From assembly GCA_041664365.1 (NCBI GenBank), contig JBAYKW010000004.1, positions 11,013 through 75,012 on the forward strand: a stretch of DNA of 64,000 nt, read 5' to 3'. The DNA comes from Patescibacteria group bacterium (GTDB taxonomy: Bacteria; Patescibacteriota; Patescibacteriia; UM-FILTER-42-10). The position numbers and the translations under genes were made by a program. Of this stretch, positions 41,157 to 49,064 are shown one piece after another (position 1 is the stretch's first letter; every line of letters begins with the position of its first letter). Below the pieces are notes generated by a model that worked only from the letters and a program-made list of their open reading frames with translations, did not search any database and had not been told where the DNA came from.

Positions 41157-42671
41157 TTAACTTATTTCTTTGGTTCCCTTTTTTTTCTTCATTCCTTCAA
41201 ATGGTAGCGTGACATAAAACTTGGTTCCTTTTTTCTCCTCTGACTCAAACCAGGTTTTGCCGCCGGAATGATCAACAATTGATTTAACAATATATAAGCC
41301 GAGACCTGTGCCCTCCGTATCTTTCTCTTTCACATTATCTGCTCTGAATAATTTGGTGAATATCTTATCCTGCTGGTGTTTTGGAATTCCCATTCCATTA
41401 TCCAAAATAGAAATTAGTATTTCTTTTTTCTTCCTTTTTTGACTTATACTAATACCGACTGTTCCGTTCTTCTTTGTATATTTTACAGCATTCGATAAAA
41501 TATTCTGAATCACCATACGAATCAGTTTTTTATCCAACATCATTTCCGGAATTGTTTCATCATATTTCTGTGTGAATTTTATTTTTTTTGCTTCAATTTG
41601 CGGTTTCATTTCATTTGTCACACTTTTAGCAATATTAATAATCCTTGTTTTCTCCGGATCAACAGCAAAAGTACCTAATTCCAGTCTGGAGACATTTAGC
41701 AGCGCATTAACCAGTTCCACCATCCTCTGACTGCCTTTATATACTTCCATTTGATACTCTCTCTGCCCTTTATTGAGTTCACCCACATCACCATCCAATA
41801 GCATTTCGGAATACCAATTGATAGCAGAAAGCGGCGTACGCAGTTGGTGTGATGCTAAAGAAACAAATTCTGTTTTTGCCAGGTCAATTTCTTTTTCTTT
41901 GCTGATATCATGCTCAATACCAACATAAAAAATTATGTTTCGCTTGCTATCAAAAATCGGCGAAATACTCGCCAAAGCTGTATATTGCTTGCCGTCCTTT
42001 CTCCTATTTTTTATTTCACCATAAAATACTTTCTTTCTAATTTTAATGGTATTCCAAAGTTTTTTATAATACTCCACTGGCATTAATCCACCCCACAGAT
42101 CCTTTGCACCAGCTTTTTTTCCGATAATTTCTTTTGAATGAAAACCAGTAATATGCTCCGCGGCTTTGTTGACATAGACAATTGTTCCATCGGGATCAGT
42201 AATTACAATGTGGTCTGAAGCACCATCTACTGCAAGTTGGAATTTATGTAAATCTCTCTCCACCTGGCGCTGTTTCGTAACTTCTGAGACCATGATTAAA
42301 TCCGCAATAATTTTTCCTTCATTACTCCGGATTACTGCGGAAGATACTTGTCCAATATGCATATTGCCTTTTTTATCCAAAAAATAAAGGTCGTATGGTT
42401 TTATTCCTTTTCCATGCATTCTTTGAACAAATTTTTTCATCATCTCGATCTTACTGCCGCGGGTCAAAAAAGGTATTTTCCTGACATTACTTCCGATTAT
42501 TTCCTTCGGTTTGTAGCCTAGCCAGTCATAAAGCCTGTTGTTAACATCAATTATTATTCCGCTTTTATCAATAATGATTGTTGCCACAGGTGATAATTCA
42601 AAAATTGTCCGATACATATTATCAATTTGTTGCTTTATTTCTTGCTCTATTTTTTTGTTTTTGTTCTTCAT
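41157..42671 (-). CDS. Cytoplasmic PAS-PAS histidine kinase
   Basis: Two PAS domains, SHQLRTPL H-box, NAVKY, DNGMGI, GTGLGL; no TM segment. Confidence 0.93.
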   Translation of the reverse strand: MKNKNKKIEQEIKQQIDNMYRTIFELSPVATIIIDKSGIIIDVNNRLYDWLGYKPKEIIGSNVRKIPFLTRGSKIEMMKKFVQRMHGKGIKPYDLYFLDKKGNMHIGQVSSAVIRSNEGKIIADLIMVSEVTKQRQVERDLHKFQLAVDGASDHIVITDPDGTIVYVNKAAEHITGFHSKEIIGKKAGAKDLWGGLMPVEYYKKLWNTIKIRKKVFYGEIKNRRKDGKQYTALASISPIFDSKRNIIFYVGIEHDISKEKEIDLAKTEFVSLASHQLRTPLSAINWYSEMLLDGDVGELNKGQREYQMEVYKGSQRMVELVNALLNVSRLELGTFAVDPEKTRIINIAKSVTNEMKPQIEAKKIKFTQKYDETIPEMMLDKKLIRMVIQNILSNAVKYTKKNGTVGISISQKRKKKEILISILDNGMGIPKHQQDKIFTKLFRADNVKEKDTEGTGLGLYIVKSIVDHSGGKTWFESEEKKGTKFYVTLPFEGMKKKKGTKEIS

Positions 42672-42771
42672 ACTACTAAATTAAAAACCAGCGAGTCCGA
42701 CTCGTTGGATAATAATAAATCCTTAACTTTTCTTGTTTCATCAATGTATGTATTTTTGTTTTAGTATTCTT

Positions 42772-42800
42772 ATTGTACACTATTTTTCAATAAATGTCAA
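42772..42800 (-). promoter_or_regulatory. sigma70-type promoter for the kinase operon
   Basis: TTGACA-17-TACAAT on the minus strand. Confidence 0.65.
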
Positions 42801-42808
42801 CCTAATAA

Positions 42809-42837
42809 TTGACATAAAATTTAACATATGATAACTT
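42809..42837 (+). promoter_or_regulatory. sigma70-type promoter for the trp leader and trpB2
   Basis: TTGACA-17-TAACTT with extended -10 TG. Confidence 0.65.
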
Positions 42838-42845
42838 ACCATCAA

Positions 42846-42944
42846 ATGAAATCTACCTATTCAACAATTAATTGGTGGAATTTGAATCGCCTCTAGAAAG
42901 CTGATATATTTCTGTTTATTATCCGCTTTCACAGGCGGTTTTTT
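42846..42944 (+). promoter_or_regulatory. Trp leader-peptide attenuator
   Basis: Leader 42846-42896 MKSTYSTINWWNLNRL; terminator ccgctt-tcac-aggcgg-T6; leader end aatcgcct..gaaagc is complementary to gctttc..aggcggtt. Confidence 0.85.
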
Positions 42945-43042
42945 AATTATATAAATATGCTTCATTATTTCAAAAATTTAGGAACATTATTCTGGCGTAA
43001 ATCAATTTGCCACGGAGATTAATTAATATTAATAAAATTACT

Positions 43043-44338
43043 ATGGAAAAAATATCATTGTTGGAAAAGGAAATACCAACCCACTACTATAATATCCTGG
43101 CGGATCTTCCTGAACCACCTTCCCCTCCTCTGAACCCGGAGACTAATGAACCGATCGGTCCGGAAATGCTGGAACCATTATTTCCCAAAGCGCTGATAGA
43201 ACAGGAGGTAAGCCGGGAAAAAAGAATCGAGATTCCTGATGAAGTAATGGAGATATACAAAAAATACCGCGCCACACCGCTTTATCGGGCAAGCAGGCTG
43301 GAAAAAATACTGGGAACACCCGCTAAAATCTATTATAAATACGAGGGTGCTTCCCTGACCGGTAGTCATAAGTTGAATACCGCGCTGCCGCAGGCTTATT
43401 ACAATAAGCAGGAGGGCATCAAAACACTCACAACAGAAACCGGAGCCGGTCAATGGGGAATGGCGCTCTCGCTGGCTGCAAAGTTCTTTGACCTGAAATG
43501 CCTAATCTTCTATGTCCGCCTGCATTACCAGCAAAAACCTTACCGAGTCAGTTTTATGAGAATGTTTGACGCGGAAGTATTACCCTCTCCCAGTAATCAA
43601 ACTATGGTCGGCAGAAAATTCCTGGCAGAAGACCCAAATCACCCCGGCAGTCTCGGCATTGCGATCAGTGAGGCTATGGAAAAGGTTACGGACGGATCAA
43701 TCAAATATTCTCTGGGTAGTGTATTGAATCATGTACTCCTCCATCAGACAATCATCGGACAGGAGGCAAAACTACAGCTGGAAAAAGACGATGCATACCC
43801 CGATGTGATCTACAGCTGTTTCGGCGGAGGAAGTAACTTGGCCGGAATCAGTTTTCCTTTTCTAGAAGATGTGCTAACCGGAAAGAAAAAAGTCAGGGTC
43901 GTTGCCGTAGAACCGGATACCTGCCCTTCACTGACCAAAGGAGAATACAAGTATGACTTCGGCGATACTGCAAAAACTACTCCTCTGTTTAAAATGTATT
44001 CCTTGGGGGCGGACTTCATACCGCCGAAAATACAGGCGGGCGGTCTGCGATACCACGGTGCCTCACCGCTGGTCAGTCATCTAGTCGACAAGGGGTATAT
44101 CGAAACGATATCCGCAAATCAAACTGATGTAATGGAAGCAGCTAAACTGTTCACCCAAACCGAAGGCATCCTTCCCGCCCCTGAATCCGCGCACGCGATT
44201 AAAGGAGCGATTGATGAAGCAATTCGATGTAAGAAAGAAGGGATTAAAGAAACAATTCTGATCAATATCAGCGGACACGGATTCCTAGATCTAGGAGGAT
44301 ATGAGGAATTCCTGGATGGCAAGCTGGAGGTTAGGTAA
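43043..44338 (+). CDS. trpB: TrpB-like PLP enzyme (tryptophan synthase beta, TrpB2 type)
   Basis: GSHKLNTA, TETGAGQWG, GSVLNHV, GGGSN, GGLRYHG, PAPESAHA; no trpA adjacent. Confidence 0.93.
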   Translation: MEKISLLEKEIPTHYYNILADLPEPPSPPLNPETNEPIGPEMLEPLFPKALIEQEVSREKRIEIPDEVMEIYKKYRATPLYRASRLEKILGTPAKIYYKYEGASLTGSHKLNTALPQAYYNKQEGIKTLTTETGAGQWGMALSLAAKFFDLKCLIFYVRLHYQQKPYRVSFMRMFDAEVLPSPSNQTMVGRKFLAEDPNHPGSLGIAISEAMEKVTDGSIKYSLGSVLNHVLLHQTIIGQEAKLQLEKDDAYPDVIYSCFGGGSNLAGISFPFLEDVLTGKKKVRVVAVEPDTCPSLTKGEYKYDFGDTAKTTPLFKMYSLGADFIPPKIQAGGLRYHGASPLVSHLVDKGYIETISANQTDVMEAAKLFTQTEGILPAPESAHAIKGAIDEAIRCKKEGIKETILINISGHGFLDLGGYEEFLDGKLEVR

Positions 44339-44347
44339 TTTCAGCAA

Positions 44348-44375
44348 AAAGAGAAGGCGGACTCGCCTTCTCTTT
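44348..44375. terminator. Bidirectional terminator
   Basis: aaagagaaggcg-gact-cgccttctcttt between convergent genes. Confidence 0.8.
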
Positions 44376-44403
44376 ATTATTGATAAAATTTGGTATAAAA
44401 CGA

Positions 44404-46914
44404 TTAAATCAACTTAGCTGCTATTTTTTTATATAAAAATCTTTTTGCTGTTTCAACTACCAAGAGATAGCCAAGCAAAATTGCAAAAATAGATGTAAAT
44501 ATTGGGAAACTGATCGGAACAAAATCAAAGAATTTGCCAATTGGAGAAAATGGAATAATCCAGGCAACAGTAAGTAACAAAAGCGTATTAATAATAAGAA
44601 TTTTCGATGGCTTGCTTTTGAAAAATGGGGTTTTCTTTGTCCGGATTAAATATATCACCAAAATTTGCGTTGCCAATGATTCCAGAAACCAGCCGGTCTG
44701 GAACTGATGCTCAGTTAAACTAAAGCCAAAATATAAAATACCAAAAGTAGCAAAATCAAAAATAGAACTGATCGGACCAAAAATTAATATATATTTTCTC
44801 AATAGTTTGATATTCCAGCGTGGTGGTTTTTTTACATCCTCAGCATCAACATTATCTGTTGGTAAAGAAATCTGCGACATATCATAGATAAAGTTGTTCA
44901 ATAGTATCTGTTTGGGTAGCATCGGCAGAAAAGGTAAAAAGGCGGATGCGCCCATCATAGAAAACATGTTACCAAAATTTGAAGAAAGACCCATGGTCAC
45001 ATATTTTAAGGTATTTTGAAATGTTTTTCTCCCTTCAATTACACCATCATGAAGCACTTCCAGTTTTTTATCCATCAGAATAATATCAGCCGTATCTTTA
45101 GCGACCTCAACCGCATTATTTACGGAAATACCGACATCCGCCGCCTTCAGTGCCGGAGCGTCATTAATACCGTCACCTAAATATCCGACTGCGTTACCAG
45201 ATTTTCTTAATGAAGAAATTATCCTCTCTTTCTGCTCCGGAGTTATGCGCCCAAAAATTGTCGTTTGCTTTACTACAGCCCGCAACTGACCGTCGGACAT
45301 CCCGGCGATCTGACTGCCAATCAGTGTGCCTTTGACCTGCAGATTTATATCACGGCAAATTTTCTGAGTAAGCAATTCACTATCCCCGGTCAGAATCTTT
45401 ATTTCAATTCCGGAATCCTCGAGTTGCCCAATGGCATGAATTACACCTTCCTTTGGTGGATCAAGAAAAGCCATAAAACCCATAAAAATCATATTTTGTT
45501 CGTCAGCAACATTATAGATTATGTCATCACGGTCCAATTCTTTGATCGCCAAGGCGAGTACACGAAATCCGTCATTACTAAGTGCTTCGTATTGGTCTGA
45601 CAGTGTTTTTACCGTATCACTTTTAAAAGCAAAGCTACCTTTTTCATCGTGACAACTTTTACATACTTGAAAAATGCTTTCCGGAGCCCCCTTTGTTATC
45701 AGTATTTTTTTCCCAGCATCATCCACAACAATCGAATCCCGGCGGCGCGTAAAATCAAATGGTACTTCATCAATTTTTTTAAATCTGGAAATATCCAGTT
45801 TTTTGTACTCAGCAATAGCATTATCCATCGGGTTCACAACACCGGTATGCAGACTGCTGTTGATATACGAATAAAGATAAACCGCATCGGACTCATTGCC
45901 GTGAAAATCCACATGTTTAACCAGTGTAATTTTATTCTGGGTCAGAGTTCCTGTTTTGTCTGTACATAGAATATTCATACTGCCAAAATCCTGTATTGCA
46001 GAAAGGTTTTTTACAATAACATGTTTCTTGGCCATTTTTATCGACCCGCGGGAAAGTGATACCGAAAGAATCACCGGCAATAATTCCGGCGTGAGCCCGA
46101 TGGCAATAGCAATAGCAAAAAGGAATGAGTTAAAAATTCCGCGTCCCATCAGTGTATTAATAATCAGCACCAAACCGACTAATACAAAATTCACCTTCAT
46201 TACAAAATAGCTGAATTGCCGGATCCCCTTTTCAAACTCCGTGTCGTCGGACCTATCGCTCAATTGTTTGATGATTTTTCCGTACTCGGTATTGTGACCT
46301 GTTCGCAATACTTCTACCGTACCATAACCGGTTACGGTATTGGTACCCATGAAAATTATATTTTTATTTTCTGGAGTAAAATTGATTTTGTCATAGTCAA
46401 AACTTTCGGTTACAAACTTTTCTACAGGAAATGACTCCCCTGTTAGTGCCGATTGATTGATGAAAAAATCTTTAGCTTCCAGGACGACTGAGTCAGCCGG
46501 AGTTACATCACCGGCAGTTAGACAGATTATGTCTCCGGGAACGATATTTTTAAAAGATACTTCAACTTTTTTTCCGTCACGAATAGCGGTAACTGTAGTC
46601 AATACTTTTTGTACTAGCTTTTCTACTGCTTTTTCCGATCGATAGGAATTGGCAAAATCAAGTATAGCAGATAGAAAAACCATAAAGATGATGATTATGG
46701 CATTGGTTCTCTGTCCAAGGAAAAAAGAAATTATCGAAACAACAATTAGAATTATTAATAACGGGCTGTTGAATTTTTTTAAAAAAACCACAAAGGGACC
46801 AATTTTCTTTTTCCCGTTGATGGCATTTTCTCCAAATTCCCCTAATCTTCTCTCCGCCTCAACTGAGGTTAACCCTAATAATTTATCAGTTTTTATAACT
46901 TTTTCCATAGTCAT
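44404..46914 (-). CDS. mgtA: Mg2+-transporting P-type ATPase
   Basis: GLTPELLP, DKTGTLT, SSNFGNMFS, LPFLPMLP.QIL, FQTGWF.ES. Confidence 0.92.
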   Translation of the reverse strand: MTMEKVIKTDKLLGLTSVEAERRLGEFGENAINGKKKIGPFVVFLKKFNSPLLIILIVVSIISFFLGQRTNAIIIIFMVFLSAILDFANSYRSEKAVEKLVQKVLTTVTAIRDGKKVEVSFKNIVPGDIICLTAGDVTPADSVVLEAKDFFINQSALTGESFPVEKFVTESFDYDKINFTPENKNIIFMGTNTVTGYGTVEVLRTGHNTEYGKIIKQLSDRSDDTEFEKGIRQFSYFVMKVNFVLVGLVLIINTLMGRGIFNSFLFAIAIAIGLTPELLPVILSVSLSRGSIKMAKKHVIVKNLSAIQDFGSMNILCTDKTGTLTQNKITLVKHVDFHGNESDAVYLYSYINSSLHTGVVNPMDNAIAEYKKLDISRFKKIDEVPFDFTRRRDSIVVDDAGKKILITKGAPESIFQVCKSCHDEKGSFAFKSDTVKTLSDQYEALSNDGFRVLALAIKELDRDDIIYNVADEQNMIFMGFMAFLDPPKEGVIHAIGQLEDSGIEIKILTGDSELLTQKICRDINLQVKGTLIGSQIAGMSDGQLRAVVKQTTIFGRITPEQKERIISSLRKSGNAVGYLGDGINDAPALKAADVGISVNNAVEVAKDTADIILMDKKLEVLHDGVIEGRKTFQNTLKYVTMGLSSNFGNMFSMMGASAFLPFLPMLPKQILLNNFIYDMSQISLPTDNVDAEDVKKPPRWNIKLLRKYILIFGPISSIFDFATFGILYFGFSLTEHQFQTGWFLESLATQILVIYLIRTKKTPFFKSKPSKILIINTLLLLTVAWIIPFSPIGKFFDFVPISFPIFTSIFAILLGYLLVVETAKRFLYKKIAAKLI

Positions 46915-46955
46915 ATTTTATCACACTAAAAACTATATTAACAATAATACTAAAC

Positions 46956-46977
46956 AAAAAAACCGGGATTAATCCGG
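46956..46977 (-). terminator. Terminator downstream of the tRNA-Pro transcript
   Basis: CCGGATTAATCCCGG followed by T7 on the minus strand. Confidence 0.55.
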
Positions 46978-47184
46978 CCTTACAGGGCCCCCAAAAAATC
47001 GCGAAGCGGTTTTTGGGAAAGCATCAAACATTGGAAAATATTACCGAGCAAATCAGGAGCACACCCGGGCAGTTGCGTAGCAACTGCATCGGGGAGCACG
47101 GATTTGCGAGGAAAGGGGCACAGACCCGAAACCAAAAACAACCAAGCTTGCTTGGTTGTGACAAGTGAAGGGTCTGATGACCCG

Positions 47185-47241
47185 TGGTCGGGGTGAGAGG
47201 ATTTGCCCGCCCAAGGCGGGTCCGCCTCTGGCGGAAACCTC
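47185..47241 (-). repeat. tRNA-Pro-type 3' end fragment interrupted by a 30-bp double-hairpin insertion
   Basis: tggtcggggtgagaggatttg[cccgcccaaggcgggtccgcctctggcgga]aacctc; without the insert it reads GAGGTTCAAATCCTCTCACCCCGACCA. Confidence 0.85.
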
Positions 47242-47269
47242 AAGAGTGTTTTCTCTTCAAAAATCTTAC

Positions 47270-47346
47270 TGGTCGGGGTGGGGAGATTTGAACTCCCGAT
47301 CTCATGCACCCCGTGCATGCGCCTTAAGCCACTAGGCCACACCCCG
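47270..47346 (-). tRNA. tRNA-Pro(GGG)
   Basis: CGGGGTGTGGCCTAGTGGCTTAAGGCGCATGCACGGGGTGCATGAGATCGGGAGTTCAAATCTCCCCACCCCGACCA folds as a cloverleaf. Confidence 0.93.
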
Positions 47347-47376
47347 TTAGAAATTATTAATATTAACAAAACAGAA

Positions 47377-47521
47377 GCCCTACCCTTAGGACTAGATAAT
47401 CGCACTGGCTCCGGATAGGAACGTGGGTACCCGCAACTATATTCCACGGAACATAGCGATCTAGGGTTCCCGATGCGATAATCCTGTAGAACCGGATTAA
47501 ACTAGAACCTAATAGTAGAGC
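47377..47521 (-). ncRNA. Rod-shaped structured RNA, 6S RNA candidate
   Basis: Starts at the predicted TSS. Nested pairs GCTCTAC/GTAGGGC, TTAGG/CCTAA, CTAG/CTAG, GGGAACCC/GGGTACCC and apical GCTATGTTC/GAATATAGT. Confidence 0.6.
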
Positions 47522-47527
47522 AATTTA

Positions 47528-47556
47528 AGTATACTTTTTGAAATGTGCTTTGGCAA
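47528..47556 (-). promoter_or_regulatory. sigma70-type promoter for the ncRNA and tRNA-Pro
   Basis: TTGCCA-17-TATACT. Confidence 0.7.
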
Positions 47557-47575
47557 GTCAAAAATATGTTGTAAT

Positions 47576-47610
47576 AAAAAAAGGCCCGTTGCGTTTGCAA
47601 ACGAGGCCTT
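47576..47610 (-). terminator. Rho-independent terminator
   Basis: AAGGCC-TCGTTTGC..GCAACG-GGCCTT followed by a T run. Confidence 0.75.
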
Positions 47611-47613
47611 AAG

Positions 47614-47811
47614 TTAGGTCAAATTGGTGCTGTGGTTTTCCCATTCAATTTTGAGGAAGACCATCCCGCATCCCGTATCAGCCAGTTCATACCGGCAATG
47701 ATTCGGTTCCGGATTCACACCCAAAGAACGATCTGTGTCACCAACCACCCTGGTGCTGATTTCCTGTCCGGAGCTTCCGTCCGGAATAGGTTCAGTGCTG
47801 TTGCTTGTCAC
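47614..47811 (-). CDS. Hypothetical 65-aa protein
   Basis: GTG start preceded by AAGGAGGT SD; followed directly by a terminator. Confidence 0.6.
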   Translation of the reverse strand: MTSNSTEPIPDGSSGQEISTRVVGDTDRSLGVNPEPNHCRYELADTGCGMVFLKIEWENHSTNLT

Positions 47812-47833
47812 AAAACACCTCCTTGGAAAGAAA

Positions 47834-48019
47834 TCAGTCTTCTTTCTCCTGCTCGTCCTCCGTAGGAGTGTTCGGCAAGCCGGGAATCCCGACAAAATAA
47901 GGCCGATACTTTCTCCTTGGAGTGCTGGTTACAGAGCCATGAAAAGTGGGTTTGATTTCTGCTTGCTTATCGCGGAAATCCGACTCATTCCCATTAGAGG
48001 CATCTTTGTTCTTCGGCAT
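47834..48019 (-). CDS. Hypothetical 61-aa hydrophilic protein
   Basis: ATG preceded by GGAGGA SD; first gene after the aromatic attenuator. Confidence 0.6.
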   Translation of the reverse strand: MPKNKDASNGNESDFRDKQAEIKPTFHGSVTSTPRRKYRPYFVGIPGLPNTPTEDEQEKED

Positions 48020-48082
48020 TTCTTACTCCTCCACTTGGTTTAGGGTTGACCGCTAGTGACCCGGGTATAATGTACAATAATC

Positions 48083-48237
48083 AAAAAAACCATCTTGCCG
48101 ATGGTCTGGATAAATATATTTTAGAAATACACTAATCAGCCATCAGCTCAATGGGTAAAATAACCAAAAAAGAAACTCCAATTGCTGGAAGCAACGGTTT
48201 TTCGGTTATCTGAGCTGAGGTTAATTGAATATTTCAT
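48083..48237 (-). promoter_or_regulatory. Aromatic (Phe-rich) leader-peptide attenuator
   Basis: Leader 48237-48148 MKYSINLSSDNRKTVASSNWSFFFGYFTH; terminator ACCATC-GGCAA-GATGGT-T6; GCTGATGG just after the stop pairs with CCATCGGC. Promoter TTGACA-16-TATTAT at 48281-48254. Confidence 0.72.
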
Positions 48238-48291
48238 GGGATTATTGGTATGAATAATAACATATCGATTTTTTGTGTCAAATATGGCTGA

Positions 48292-48376
48292 GTAATCCGT
48301 AACTGGTAGACTCGTAATTCGTAAACTGAACTCAGAACTTATTATTTATTACAAATTACTATTTACCAATTACCAA
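48292..48376. repeat. Inverted array of degenerate 7-mers
   Basis: gtaatcc-gtaactg-gtagactc-gtaattc-gtaa ... ttacaaa-ttactat-ttaccaa-ttaccaa. Confidence 0.75.
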
Positions 48377-48378
48377 AT

Positions 48379-48411
48379 AAAAAAAGCCCTTGATTACAAG
48401 AATCTCAGGCT
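48379..48411 (-). terminator. Terminator closing the Cys-motif operon
   Basis: GCC-TGAGATT..AATCAA-GGGC imperfect stem followed by T7. Confidence 0.6.
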
Positions 48412-48433
48412 GAAAGAGCGATTTGGAAACGGA

Positions 48434-48847
48434 CTACATGTCCATGTGTCCGCCGGGATGATAATCGGGAGTCGCATACTGGACATCACCGATTTCCACA
48501 AAATAGACAATGGGTTTGTCGGGGCAACAGCAGGTGTAGGGGGTCAGCTCGCAGTCAACACACCGAGACTCGCCGTCATTAATGGTCACACCATTGAGGC
48601 AAACCAGCCCAGTGCGCAGTTCTCTCGCCGGACCCCAATTGGGCTCCACCGTGTATCCCCCGCCGGTCATGTCGAACTCGCCAGCGAACTCGATCACATA
48701 AACCTCTGGCATATCCGGGCAACAGCAGTTATTGGGATGCAGACCGCATCCCGCGCACTGGTACTGACCGGTCTCGGTCAGTATAACGCCGTCCGGACAC
48801 CGGATGTCCTGTACCTGGTCAAAGACAGTGGCAGCTTGCGAATCCAT
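48434..48847 (-). CDS. Cys-rich protein with two internal CxxC-x6-CCC repeats (137 aa)
   Basis: ATG 48847 with AAAGGA SD; CAGCGLHPNNCCCPD and CVDCELTPYTCCCPD. Confidence 0.75.
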   Translation of the reverse strand: MDSQAATVFDQVQDIRCPDGVILTETGQYQCAGCGLHPNNCCCPDMPEVYVIEFAGEFDMTGGGYTVEPNWGPARELRTGLVCLNGVTINDGESRCVDCELTPYTCCCPDKPIVYFVEIGDVQYATPDYHPGGHMDM

Positions 48848-48896
48848 GCTGTTCCTTTCCGGTTTGAAACGGTTCTTGTGGTTACATAACGGCAAC

Positions 48897-49064
48897 CTAG
48901 GCAAACAGATCGTTCAGAGTGTCAATACCCGGACAGTGGCAGACGCATAAATCGATCCGCGTCCGGCAGTCCACACAGCGGTACACGCCGTCATCCTCAA
49001 GACGGGCACGACCCTGGCTTCCGTCCTTCTTCTGGAAATCAATTTCCGGCAACTTCTGAGTCAT
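48897..49064 (-). CDS. 55-aa CxxC-x6-CxC microprotein (not in ORF track)
   Basis: GGAGGA SD and TGATG overlap with the upstream gene; MTQKLPEIDFQKKDGSQGRARLEDDGVYRCVDCRTRIDLCVCHCPGIDTLNDLFA. Confidence 0.75.
   Translation of the reverse strand: MTQKLPEIDFQKKDGSQGRARLEDDGVYRCVDCRTRIDLCVCHCPGIDTLNDLFA

Noticed and set aside
46915-47184. M-box riboswitch upstream of mgtA
   Set aside because: I could not find the M-box conserved sequence blocks; kept only as an unexplained structured region.
46980-47447. 155-aa minus ORF and 71-aa plus ORF
   Set aside because: They overlap tRNA-Pro, the ncRNA candidate and palindromic repeats; spurious.
47377-47521. SRP RNA or T-box identity for the structured RNA
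   Set aside because: No SRP domain IV motif and no T-box TGGNACC antiterminator visible.
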